Under the pieces are notes generated by a model, which was not told the origin of the DNA, searched no databases, and saw only the letters and a program-made list of their open reading frames with translations. The translations under genes were made by a program, and so were the position numbers. Below are positions 41,437 through 50,679 of a stretch of DNA of 64,000 nt, in pieces. This DNA comes from Epithemia pelagica (lineage: Eukaryota; Protista; Bacillariophyta): NCBI GenBank assembly GCA_946965045.2, contig OX337228.1, positions 806,001-870,000 on the forward strand, in the 5' to 3' direction. The number at the start of each line of letters is the position of its first letter. Position 1 is the first letter of the stretch.

Positions 41437-44400
41437 ATGTCGTCGTTGGAAGAGTCGTTCGACAAGGACACGATCGACGACAACCACAACAACGACCCTG
41501 GCACACGGGCCAACGACGACTCTCCTCAAGAAGCAGCAGGAGCAGCCGTAGAATCGACCGACGGTCCAAACCAAGCAACCAACGACGACCAGCAGAAACA
41601 GCAGCAGCAAGACGGAGACAATTCCACGACTGAACCGATTCTTCCGAACGAAGAGGATGATACTAATGAAACAAAGACGAATGAGACTCGAAGCAATGCA
41701 CACAATGGGACAATGAACCCAACGACACACCAAGCAGAGGAGCCGCCGCAAGACCCGAATTTCGCAACGACTGCGGCCCACGACGACTCGGACGTGAAGG
41801 AAGACAAGGATTCATTGGAAAAAGCCGGTTCCAATCATCTTCCAGATACTACCACCAAGGACGAGCACGATCCCTCCGAGTCGTCGTCCGAAGACTCGGA
41901 GAGTGACGAGGATTCCCCGGAAGGCGGTCTGTCGGACTATGAAAAGTTGCGCTTGGCCCGCATTGCCCGCAATCGACAGTATTTGGCACAATTGGGATTG
42001 GAACAAACCTCGCAGTCGATTAGACAACAGCAACAGCCAAAACAACGACCACGAACCTCCTCGTCGTCCACAGTCGTCCATCCACCCCGTCGATCGTCCC
42101 TCTCGCGACGGACCAAACAAAAGGGCATCAATTATGCCTTGCCCTCCTCCCTCTTTGGTCCCAGTGCAACCTCCCACAACAACAAGAAGAATAAGGCCGG
42201 TGACAAGCACAAGAGTCACAATCCTCATAAAACGGGAAACTCCGAGGGGGAGAAAAAGAACACGAACGCATCGCAGCCACTCCACACATCTTTGCCAAAG
42301 GACAAGGACGATGACGACATCGACCACAAGGAGGACAGTCTTTCCAACAACCCCAATGGAGGACCTGTCAGAGACGATGCGACACAGGACCTTGTCTCGA
42401 CTTGGAATACGACTCTGGAACCCCCCAAACCTCGCGCCGGCAAAAAACGGAGTCAGAGTACCCGCATGGACATTACGATTCATCGCGAATTTTTGCGGAT
42501 CCGTGCGGAAAAACGCAATGCCCTCAAACTGGCCAAAAAGTGCAAGGTCCGGGCCGAACAACAAGTGCGGTATTGGACGCGCCTTCAGGACATGCAACTC
42601 CGCAAACGACACCGCATTACCAAATTCCAATTGGAACAAGCGGCGCAACAAGAGGAACGAACTGCCTTGGGTGGATGGACGATGCGCGAGTGGTTGCACC
42701 ACGTCGATGGGCGTCTCTCCATGGAACTTCAGCCGGCGGCCCTGCGGTACGATGCCCACCAGCAACACGCCCTGCGAGACTGGGAACGGCAACGTCGACA
42801 CCACCACGTGCGACAGCAACACGTGTTGCAACGATCTCTCGAAGACTTTCCCAAGGCCTTGCAGGCGGCCCGGACCGTCTTGCAGTCCGTCTTGGTCGAA
42901 CGGGCCCCCAAGGATCCGCCACCACCTCGACGCAGCAAACGCACCACCAATCCGGAGGACGACCATGACGATACCCCAACAAGAACGAACCAGTCACCCG
43001 CGAGAAACACCAAACAAGCCCCGTCACCCGGGAAACGCACGGTCCCCGGTTCGCCGCCCGCCAAGAAAAAAGCCAAACGAGGTCGACCACCCAAACTCCT
43101 TGGAGCAGGAACGACGAGCCCCCAAACGACGACGACGGCATTCCAAACCGGTGAGAATGCTGTGCCATCGGCCGAAACCCAACACTTGGCCATGTTTTCG
43201 GCAGCATCGATTCGGGGAGAAGCAGACGACGACGATGACGAGGAGGATCCGGCACACGGTCCACCCGACCCGGACGACCCTGCCCGAGGCGCCGCCACCG
43301 CTGCCTTGGGAGGAACCAAGACCACGGTCCAGGACGACCCGGCCCACAAAAAGAAGGCAACAGCACGGCCCAAGAAACCCAAGGCCAAAATTGTGGGCGG
43401 TTGGATTTCTCCCGATTTGGCGCACCGATTGGATCGGCGCTGGTTGATTCGAACCACGCGTCAACAAGTCCAGGCCTTGCCCCTCCCCCAACAACAACAA
43501 GATGCCAATGCCCTCCTCTCGCACTGTTATGTACCGCAAGTGGGCGATGCCCTCTTGTACTATCCACAAGGCCACAAACTGTTTTTGCAAGACATTCCCG
43601 ATGTCTTGGGCAAGAAAACGAGGCAAGTGACACGACTGCCCTTGTGGGAGCGAGCCCAAGGTCCAAGCCACCCCAAATCGAAAAAGGCGGCTTCTGCTGC
43701 CACTGCCGCCGAGACACCCAATCCGAATACTACTAGTAATAATACCAAGACCAGCACTCCTCCCAAGGAATCGCAGTGGTGGACACCCGAGTGGATCCAG
43801 GAGATGGAACGCTATGACGGTGAGTTGGACAATGAGGAGGAAGAAGGCGAGGATCGGCGGCTCTCTCGGTGGTCGGTGGCCTCGTGTCCGATTTTGTGCA
43901 TTGTCCAAGCCACCTGTCCTGAATTCCCACCCGATTCGGCCAAAGTCTTGAAAAAGCAAAAAGAGGATGGGACACACGAATTTGTCTTTGAGTCGTCTTC
44001 GTCTCCCAAATCCAAAAAGTCGTCCCCAAAACGTAGCAAACACGGAATGATGCGGTCCACACCGCCCAAACTACGCTTGGCGGTGACCCTCCGGCCCGTG
44101 ACACCCATTGGGTGGGGACCCCATGCGCCGCCTCGAGACCTGCCTCCCACCTTTTCGGTCGTGACGGTTCCGTCTCTTGCTCATTGTCCCTTTCTCGTTC
44201 CCTTTGCGTGGGCCTACTCCGTGTCCCAAAAATTGCGTGTGGGTGATTGGGTTGTGGCCTCGAGTCGGACCAAAGTGTCCTCGCCGACGGTGGTTCCCGA
44301 ATCCCAAATTACCTCCATTGAGACATATAGTACTTCGGACAATGGTGATGCCAAACGCAGTGAAACTGGTCCACTTTTGCAACTCTTGAATCGCCTGCTT

Positions 44401-47400
44401 CAGAGGTATAATGGTAACTGGAAGGCTGCCGTCATGGCGGATACAGAGTTTGCCCAACAGATTCCACCCACGGATGTCTCCCTTGTGGTCAAGACCTTGG
44501 GTGATTTGGTGTCGTCTGCCACCATGCAACAACAGCAGGGAGGAAACTCGTCGATGGCCGACCAGACTAATACGAGCACGGAAACACCAGCAAGACCAAC
44601 CACAGAGGAACTTTCCCTGTGGAAGATTATTTGTTGGACATTGCCATTGTGGGAGTCTGTTTCCTTGACCAAATCATACGACACATCCGAAGGGCAATTT
44701 CGGGCCTCTCCATGGGAACTCACTCCAATGGGTGCCAAGCGTCTGTCCGCTGCTGGTGCTTTGTCATCCTCCCACGCTCCTGGTGTGATTGGGGCATGTG
44801 GTCTCAACAACTTGGACGAATCACTCCGAGTGAAACTCTGCGAATGCTTAAAAGGGTTTATACAAGAGTACCCCTCTGCGGCTTTGTTTGTCGACGAGGT
44901 CACAGACGCGATTGCTCCGTCCTATTCATGCGCCATTCCTGTCCCCATGTTCTTTTATCGCATTTTGGCTCGTCTGGGCACCACCGGGACAATGCCGGAA
45001 CAAGCGTCATCATCATCGTCGTCTTGTCACTATCGAAGTGTGGGTGCCTTGCTTTCGGACGTGAATTTGATTCGAGAAAACTGTTTACTGTACAACAACC
45101 CAGAATCCGAGGTTGTGGAACAAGCGCTGGTCATTGTTTCCATGGCCAAAGATGCGATTGCCAAAGTCGTTCGTGTACACAACAGGGAAATTAGCGAAAT
45201 TCGAAAGGCTGATTTGGAACGCCAGCGTCTTGTCATGCGCCACTGTGGTTCACCACAAGCGTCGGCCATGGGTCACCCTCCCGATGACATGACGGGTGGA
45301 AGATCGGCTCCCCTGGTATGTCGAATCAGCAACTTGTACAAGGAACAAGTCTATCAAAGGTGGCTCCAACAGGTCCACCCTCCCAATGCCACCTCTGACG
45401 GTCAAAGCTCCAGAGAAATGACAGACCATGACGATGTAACCGGTTGGATCCCGCAGGCAGGGGATCGAATACAGTATTCACGCAAGCGACATGCCAAGTT
45501 TGTCATGGGTCACTATCCCTCTTTGGAAGCTGCACAATGTAGCATTGTCACTACTGTAGTGAATGACAATGCAAAGGATAGCACAGAGTCAGGAATGCAG
45601 GCGATTGTCTCGGTCTCGAGTGACCAGAACAACAAGACTAAAACCAATTCGGAACCATTGCCAGTTTCTCCTGTCAATGGGAAGGTTCATGAACCGACGC
45701 AAACCAAAATCCATGAAAACGAGACGCTGGCAAGCAACCCAAACGTGTCCACTCTGGACAATCGGGAATGCGCTGATAGAAAAGAAGACCCGATGGAAAG
45801 TGGCTCAACCCCGGCGGCGACGACGACGACATCCTCGGAGACTGGGAGTCCTGTCGCCAGTAACCAGAGTCCCTCACTCAACTCGGGCATGGTGCTTCCC
45901 ACGACTGAGGCTGGGGAGAAAGCGGTCGCAGTATCACCACCATCTTCCATGGAAACTGTCGAGACTTCCGACGCTGATGCAATGACAGAACGACCCAGCC
46001 GTTCGCATGACGCAAGTACCAGCAACGCAGATGTTGGTATTGGTGGTAAGGACGCAGACGACATCTTGTCAGAGCGATTGAACAGTCAATCAACTGCTAC
46101 TGGTCAGTCCTCCAACAATGATGATTGGGAGAGTGCTGTGGTGCACTGGACAAGAGCTTCCTTCCCCAAGTTACCGTCAAAGAAAAGTAACGAAGATGCT
46201 CTAACGTTCTCGACAAATTCCACCATGTTGGCGTTGGGTGTTTTCTTTGAGAGCAGTAAGAAACTTGAAGTAATCTACTGGCGTCCGTGCTTGTTTCAAT
46301 TTGATCGGAAAGAAGATTCCGATGAACGTCAGATTTGCCCCACCTGTGGCTTGGATGCATCAGAGTCCTTTCTGCAACGAGAAACCGCGAATCAGAGGTC
46401 CTCTCAGGACCCTGCTCAAACAGAATCAGGTTTATCCCATGTGGACAGGTGCGCGAGTTCCTCAGTTAGAGTTGATGGAAGACGTGTCGGATCGACACTG
46501 TCAGAAGAAGAAAACGCATCTCTTCACCGATGTTTGGGTCTCTTAAAGAGGAGATGTATTCGTTGCATTCCACCTGATTTTCTTGATGAGCGGTTGACAA
46601 AGGCCAATATAGCTGAAGGCTACGTGCCTCCTCAGACCAAGGTTGGAATAAAGTCACTTCCATCATACGATGAATTAATATTGAAGAAGGAGATGGGGAA
46701 CCTTACTCACGATACAAGAAAACATGGACAAAGACATCCTCTGGTTGATGAACAGTTAGTCTCCAAAGGATATGTCCCTCCATGGTTGGCATTGGTGGGT
46801 GAGGACACAGGAGGAAACGGTCCCCAATGGTATGATACCATCTCCCCTTGGTCAAGCCTCTCGCTGGAACTGATCCTTCTTCGTCTGGAGAATAGATATT
46901 ACAGGCATCGTGAGGCCGTGGAGAACGACATTATCGAGGCCTATATATCGATTTGCTTCTTACTGCTGGGGCGTGACGCTGGGAGAAAGAAAAATCCACT
47001 TTCAATGAAGCGCATCGCTAGGAACCTTTCGTTAACGAAACCAAGGGGAAGACCACCGTTGAACCCAGAAAATTTAGTCGAATCTTCTGAGGAAGACAAA
47101 TGGATCGGGAAAATGGAGCATGTAAGAGAGCTGTACGCAACCGCTCTGTTATGTATCTCCAACACGCAGATGGTGGAACGACTGAACGGCCTTAACCCGC
47201 AGGAAGTTACAGATCCAAAGCCGATGAACCAGCCGCTTGTCTCCGAAGATCCTAAGCGCGCAGAAGCAAGAAAAAAGTTAGCCCATATATTAATGGCATT
47301 TGGAAGGGACCCTCTTGTAAACAGAAGCAGTGCTTTATCTTCAGGGAGGCTTCTCAAAGTTTCCTGTGGAGGAGAAAACGTGGCTGTCGAACGGCACTTT

Positions 47401-50235
47401 CAGAAGGTATCGGTGGTACCAGCACAATTGGGTGAAAAAGAAGTTTCGGTCACGGTTGTGCTTGACAATAGACCCATTGTGTATTTGAACAAGGCTCCAT
47501 GTCGTGACTCTCTAGAAGCGAGTGTATCTGACGAAAAAAATGAGACAGTCACTGTCCGTTGCGACGGAGAAACGGTGTCCATGCCATTAGTCCCTGCAGA
47601 GTCAGCTGTAACGCTCCTGGAGAATAGCTTGAGATTTGAAGAGTGCGATTTTGAAGCGAACGATTCACTTGCCCGAATTTTCTTTGGAACTCCCGGACGC
47701 ATGCAACCATGTGCCCGATGCCAAGCCCACAGAAGATCGTTGTTTTCATGCCGCGTTCGACGTCGTCACGCGAATTGCGACTTCGATTGGCGATCGTTCT
47801 TCAACGAGAGTGGAAGTTTGGACAAACTGATGCTCCAACTTGATCCAATGCATCGTCCTCCTGCTCCACCTGTCAGCTCTATTCCAATTACGACACCAGA
47901 AACAGCTACTGTTACAGCTGCAGAGGCGAACTCAAAGTTAGTCGCTCAAAGCCCCTCTGTAGATGTTGGGGTGCAAAAAGAAGAGGAAGGGAAAGAGCAG
48001 ATTGATGAATGCCGGCCTCCCATGGCTATGTCTGTTGACGACGAAAAGACGCAATCCAAAGACAAGGATGAAGGCAAGGAAGAAGGCAACGCAGATGACA
48101 GTCAGAAGAAAGAAAGCAATCCATCGGAGAAAACTGACACTCAAGCTGGGGATACAATAAACGAAGATAGCGGTCAGAAAGAAGTGGATGCAGGAGAGAT
48201 GCTTGAAAAAGCACAATCAATCATGACAAGAGCTGAAGAAGTATTGGCAGGCGCGCAGAAATATGCAGCTTCCGCAGACATAATGAGCAAACAGTTCATC
48301 GAGGCAGCAATTCCTGTGGACGAAGAAGATGGACATTTCGTTTACTGTATTGTTTGTGGGCTGAGTGGAAATCTCGTGTGCTGTGACGGTTGTGCTAATG
48401 TCGTTCATGCTAAATGTGTTGGCTTGGACAAAGTACCCGAAGGTGAATGGTTTTGTGAAGAGTGTCAAATAAAAAAGGATGCCTCCGTACAGACAGCGCA
48501 ATGCTCTTTGACCAATGGTACCATTCCAGATCACGATGTCCGACTTCCTTTTGGGAGGTTCGAATTTGATCCTGAGGTCGTAATTGATCTGAATAAAATC
48601 GTGGATGAACTGCAACAAGCGAATCCTGAACGGAAGATGGCTCAGAGCAAGAATCCAAACGACGAAAACGGTATTGGGACAAACGGAAAGACACCATTTG
48701 ACGCCTTGAGCTCGAACACACGAAAGTTTTTGCAATCAATCGGCATCAATACCGCTGAAGAACTTGTTGCGACCAAAACAACAAAAGTTGGTGGAGAATT
48801 CCGTGAATGGAGAAAAAGAATGGGTATGTCTGAAATGAAAACGAGCGGTGAAGTGGCATCTGTGAGCATGTGGAAGAGAGCTTGCCGTGATGCAGCCGAG
48901 GAGATGGGAATAGACTTGAATCGGAGCTCGAGGGCAGGTGACAAAAATATGGAATCTAGCGAAGAAGACTCCAGTGATGATGAAGAATCGGAAGATGACA
49001 CAAGACAACGACCTCGCCGTGAAACGGCTGTTCGTGGGCGTTCTTTAGCAGATCTGGACGACCCGATCGATGCCCTTAGTGCCATGGCAAAAGAGTTCTT
49101 CCGTTCCATTGGTATTGAATCTGGTGAGAAGGTCGTTGATGTTAAAACTAGTGAAGTTGCCCGGAAATTTGGAAAATGGAGGAAGCGGAAGAAGCTTCCG
49201 AAACTGAAAGGAACTGGTACAGTTGCCACAATCAGTGCATGGAAGACAACTTGTCGTAATGCCATCACCGCTATGACCCAAGCCAAGAAAACCCCTGCCA
49301 AGAAAACGAAATCGACGGAGAAATTTGTTTCGCCTCGATCCAAACGAGCTCAAGAGAGACTGAAAAAAAGCCCAGGGAAGAACACCCCATCATCGACAAG
49401 CAAGAACCAGCAAACTAAAAAGAGGAAACGTGGAAGACCACCGAAAAAATCGGATGCCGCTCCCCGAAAGGATGACGAGAAGACAGGTTCTTCCAATGCT
49501 CTTGATGTTCTCACTAAACCGGCACGTGATTTCCTTGATTCCATCAATATTGAATCTGCCGAACACTTTTTATCCTTACGGACATGCGATGTCGCAGACA
49601 AGTTTGCCAAGTGGAGGCACAAGCAGGGACTAACGAAACTTCGCGGTAGTGGTAATGGAGCCACGATTAGTGCATGGAGGTCTCTCTGTCGAAAGGCCTT
49701 GGAGGAACTTGAGGCATCAGAAAACTCTAAGAGCGATGATGAGGACGACGAACGGGAAGGAGAAGAAGAAGAGGACGAAGAAACTGGACACGGCGATGAA
49801 AGTATGGCGGACGGCGACCCAGGGACACGGTCTGAAAACGAGAACGCCAACAATTCTGATGATGACGAAGAAGAAGAAGAGGACTCAGAAACTGGACACA
49901 GCGATGAAAGCATGGCGGACGGCGATCCAGGAACACCGTCTGAAAACGAGAACGCTTGCAATTCTGATGATGACGAAGAGGACGAAGAAACGGGACGTGG
50001 CGATGAAAGTGGGGAGGAAGAAGGACCCAAGATCAAAGAGGGCATTCCTAATGAGAGTCCAACTCCCAATTCGCAGGGTGGGGAGGAAGAAGAGCCAAGC
50101 GGAGTTGTTTCGAAATCACAGGAAGAAGGCTGGTCACGTCTACGAAAACGACGCCGAATAGCACCTAAAGGTAACGTTTCGAGAGAGGTGACTGTGGAAG
50201 ATGTGGAGCTTGCCAAAACTGAAGAAAGCGACTAG
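41437..50235 (+). CDS. 2,932-aa single-exon chromatin reader: BRWD/PHIP-like (two PQxGD modules, bromodomains), PHD finger, AT-hooks, three unnamed 66-aa repeats; no WD40 seen
   Basis: YVPQVGDALLYYPQGH and WIPQAGDRIQY; bromodomain APSYSCAIPVPM...DVNLIRENCLLYN; degenerate second bromodomain LSLELILLRLENRYYRH; PHD CIVCGLSGNLVCCDGCANVVHAKC...WFCEEC; AT-hooks KRGRPPK x2 and PRGRPP; N-terminal YEKLRLARIARNRQYLAQLGL. Confidence 0.9.
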   Translation: MSSLEESFDKDTIDDNHNNDPGTRANDDSPQEAAGAAVESTDGPNQATNDDQQKQQQQDGDNSTTEPILPNEEDDTNETKTNETRSNAHNGTMNPTTHQAEEPPQDPNFATTAAHDDSDVKEDKDSLEKAGSNHLPDTTTKDEHDPSESSSEDSESDEDSPEGGLSDYEKLRLARIARNRQYLAQLGLEQTSQSIRQQQQPKQRPRTSSSSTVVHPPRRSSLSRRTKQKGINYALPSSLFGPSATSHNNKKNKAGDKHKSHNPHKTGNSEGEKKNTNASQPLHTSLPKDKDDDDIDHKEDSLSNNPNGGPVRDDATQDLVSTWNTTLEPPKPRAGKKRSQSTRMDITIHREFLRIRAEKRNALKLAKKCKVRAEQQVRYWTRLQDMQLRKRHRITKFQLEQAAQQEERTALGGWTMREWLHHVDGRLSMELQPAALRYDAHQQHALRDWERQRRHHHVRQQHVLQRSLEDFPKALQAARTVLQSVLVERAPKDPPPPRRSKRTTNPEDDHDDTPTRTNQSPARNTKQAPSPGKRTVPGSPPAKKKAKRGRPPKLLGAGTTSPQTTTTAFQTGENAVPSAETQHLAMFSAASIRGEADDDDDEEDPAHGPPDPDDPARGAATAALGGTKTTVQDDPAHKKKATARPKKPKAKIVGGWISPDLAHRLDRRWLIRTTRQQVQALPLPQQQQDANALLSHCYVPQVGDALLYYPQGHKLFLQDIPDVLGKKTRQVTRLPLWERAQGPSHPKSKKAASAATAAETPNPNTTSNNTKTSTPPKESQWWTPEWIQEMERYDGELDNEEEEGEDRRLSRWSVASCPILCIVQATCPEFPPDSAKVLKKQKEDGTHEFVFESSSSPKSKKSSPKRSKHGMMRSTPPKLRLAVTLRPVTPIGWGPHAPPRDLPPTFSVVTVPSLAHCPFLVPFAWAYSVSQKLRVGDWVVASSRTKVSSPTVVPESQITSIETYSTSDNGDAKRSETGPLLQLLNRLLQRYNGNWKAAVMADTEFAQQIPPTDVSLVVKTLGDLVSSATMQQQQGGNSSMADQTNTSTETPARPTTEELSLWKIICWTLPLWESVSLTKSYDTSEGQFRASPWELTPMGAKRLSAAGALSSSHAPGVIGACGLNNLDESLRVKLCECLKGFIQEYPSAALFVDEVTDAIAPSYSCAIPVPMFFYRILARLGTTGTMPEQASSSSSSCHYRSVGALLSDVNLIRENCLLYNNPESEVVEQALVIVSMAKDAIAKVVRVHNREISEIRKADLERQRLVMRHCGSPQASAMGHPPDDMTGGRSAPLVCRISNLYKEQVYQRWLQQVHPPNATSDGQSSREMTDHDDVTGWIPQAGDRIQYSRKRHAKFVMGHYPSLEAAQCSIVTTVVNDNAKDSTESGMQAIVSVSSDQNNKTKTNSEPLPVSPVNGKVHEPTQTKIHENETLASNPNVSTLDNRECADRKEDPMESGSTPAATTTTSSETGSPVASNQSPSLNSGMVLPTTEAGEKAVAVSPPSSMETVETSDADAMTERPSRSHDASTSNADVGIGGKDADDILSERLNSQSTATGQSSNNDDWESAVVHWTRASFPKLPSKKSNEDALTFSTNSTMLALGVFFESSKKLEVIYWRPCLFQFDRKEDSDERQICPTCGLDASESFLQRETANQRSSQDPAQTESGLSHVDRCASSSVRVDGRRVGSTLSEEENASLHRCLGLLKRRCIRCIPPDFLDERLTKANIAEGYVPPQTKVGIKSLPSYDELILKKEMGNLTHDTRKHGQRHPLVDEQLVSKGYVPPWLALVGEDTGGNGPQWYDTISPWSSLSLELILLRLENRYYRHREAVENDIIEAYISICFLLLGRDAGRKKNPLSMKRIARNLSLTKPRGRPPLNPENLVESSEEDKWIGKMEHVRELYATALLCISNTQMVERLNGLNPQEVTDPKPMNQPLVSEDPKRAEARKKLAHILMAFGRDPLVNRSSALSSGRLLKVSCGGENVAVERHFQKVSVVPAQLGEKEVSVTVVLDNRPIVYLNKAPCRDSLEASVSDEKNETVTVRCDGETVSMPLVPAESAVTLLENSLRFEECDFEANDSLARIFFGTPGRMQPCARCQAHRRSLFSCRVRRRHANCDFDWRSFFNESGSLDKLMLQLDPMHRPPAPPVSSIPITTPETATVTAAEANSKLVAQSPSVDVGVQKEEEGKEQIDECRPPMAMSVDDEKTQSKDKDEGKEEGNADDSQKKESNPSEKTDTQAGDTINEDSGQKEVDAGEMLEKAQSIMTRAEEVLAGAQKYAASADIMSKQFIEAAIPVDEEDGHFVYCIVCGLSGNLVCCDGCANVVHAKCVGLDKVPEGEWFCEECQIKKDASVQTAQCSLTNGTIPDHDVRLPFGRFEFDPEVVIDLNKIVDELQQANPERKMAQSKNPNDENGIGTNGKTPFDALSSNTRKFLQSIGINTAEELVATKTTKVGGEFREWRKRMGMSEMKTSGEVASVSMWKRACRDAAEEMGIDLNRSSRAGDKNMESSEEDSSDDEESEDDTRQRPRRETAVRGRSLADLDDPIDALSAMAKEFFRSIGIESGEKVVDVKTSEVARKFGKWRKRKKLPKLKGTGTVATISAWKTTCRNAITAMTQAKKTPAKKTKSTEKFVSPRSKRAQERLKKSPGKNTPSSTSKNQQTKKRKRGRPPKKSDAAPRKDDEKTGSSNALDVLTKPARDFLDSINIESAEHFLSLRTCDVADKFAKWRHKQGLTKLRGSGNGATISAWRSLCRKALEELEASENSKSDDEDDEREGEEEEDEETGHGDESMADGDPGTRSENENANNSDDDEEEEEDSETGHSDESMADGDPGTPSENENACNSDDDEEDEETGRGDESGEEEGPKIKEGIPNESPTPNSQGGEEEEPSGVVSKSQEEGWSRLRKRRRIAPKGNVSREVTVEDVELAKTEESD
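49765..50012 (+). repeat. Acidic C-terminal coding tandem repeat (about 36 aa x2.3)
   Basis: ETGHGDESMADGDPGTRSENENANNSDDD / ETGHSDESMADGDPGTPSENENACNSDDD / ETGRGDES. Confidence 0.9.
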
Positions 50236-50419
50236 CTACGATTGTGACAGTTGCTACGAGGAACATTGACAAAATCTGACGTTTGATTATCTCGACAAAT
50301 TCAAGAACCTACCTAGAAGCACAGCCAAATTTTTGTTATTGCTTTGTCTTTGTAGCCGAGTTCGTTGCAGCCATCAGTGCTCGTATGTCCTGCTCCACGT
50401 GGACAAAGCAATCGTACAT

Positions 50420-50679
50420 TTATTCGACCACAAAGGTATGGGCAGCCCTAAAATGTGTTTTGGACACAGTCGGGAAGCATGCGGGACACAAATCAAAATC
50501 AAAACATTCCACACATTTGTGAATTTTCCCGTGCCCCGTCATGACGATTTCAGATTGGCAACGGTCACAATAGGCAACTTCCCGCAATGGAGGTTCATCA
50601 CGACTGGTTGTGGTCAACCGGTCCTGATGACGCGAGTTGGTACTGCTAGCGTTAGCAGTGCTCGCGGAGTTGGTGCTAG
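50420..50679 (-). CDS. ZZ-type zinc finger, probably the frameshifted C-terminus of the sirtuin
   Basis: CDRC...HKCVECFDFDLCPACF...HF...H matches the ZZ pattern. No convincing independent start; the frame overlaps the sirtuin stop. Confidence 0.8.

Noticed and set aside
41812-44903. Long minus-strand and alternative-frame ORFs (up to 514 aa)
   Set aside because: Shadows of the 2,932-aa CDS in GC-rich sequence.
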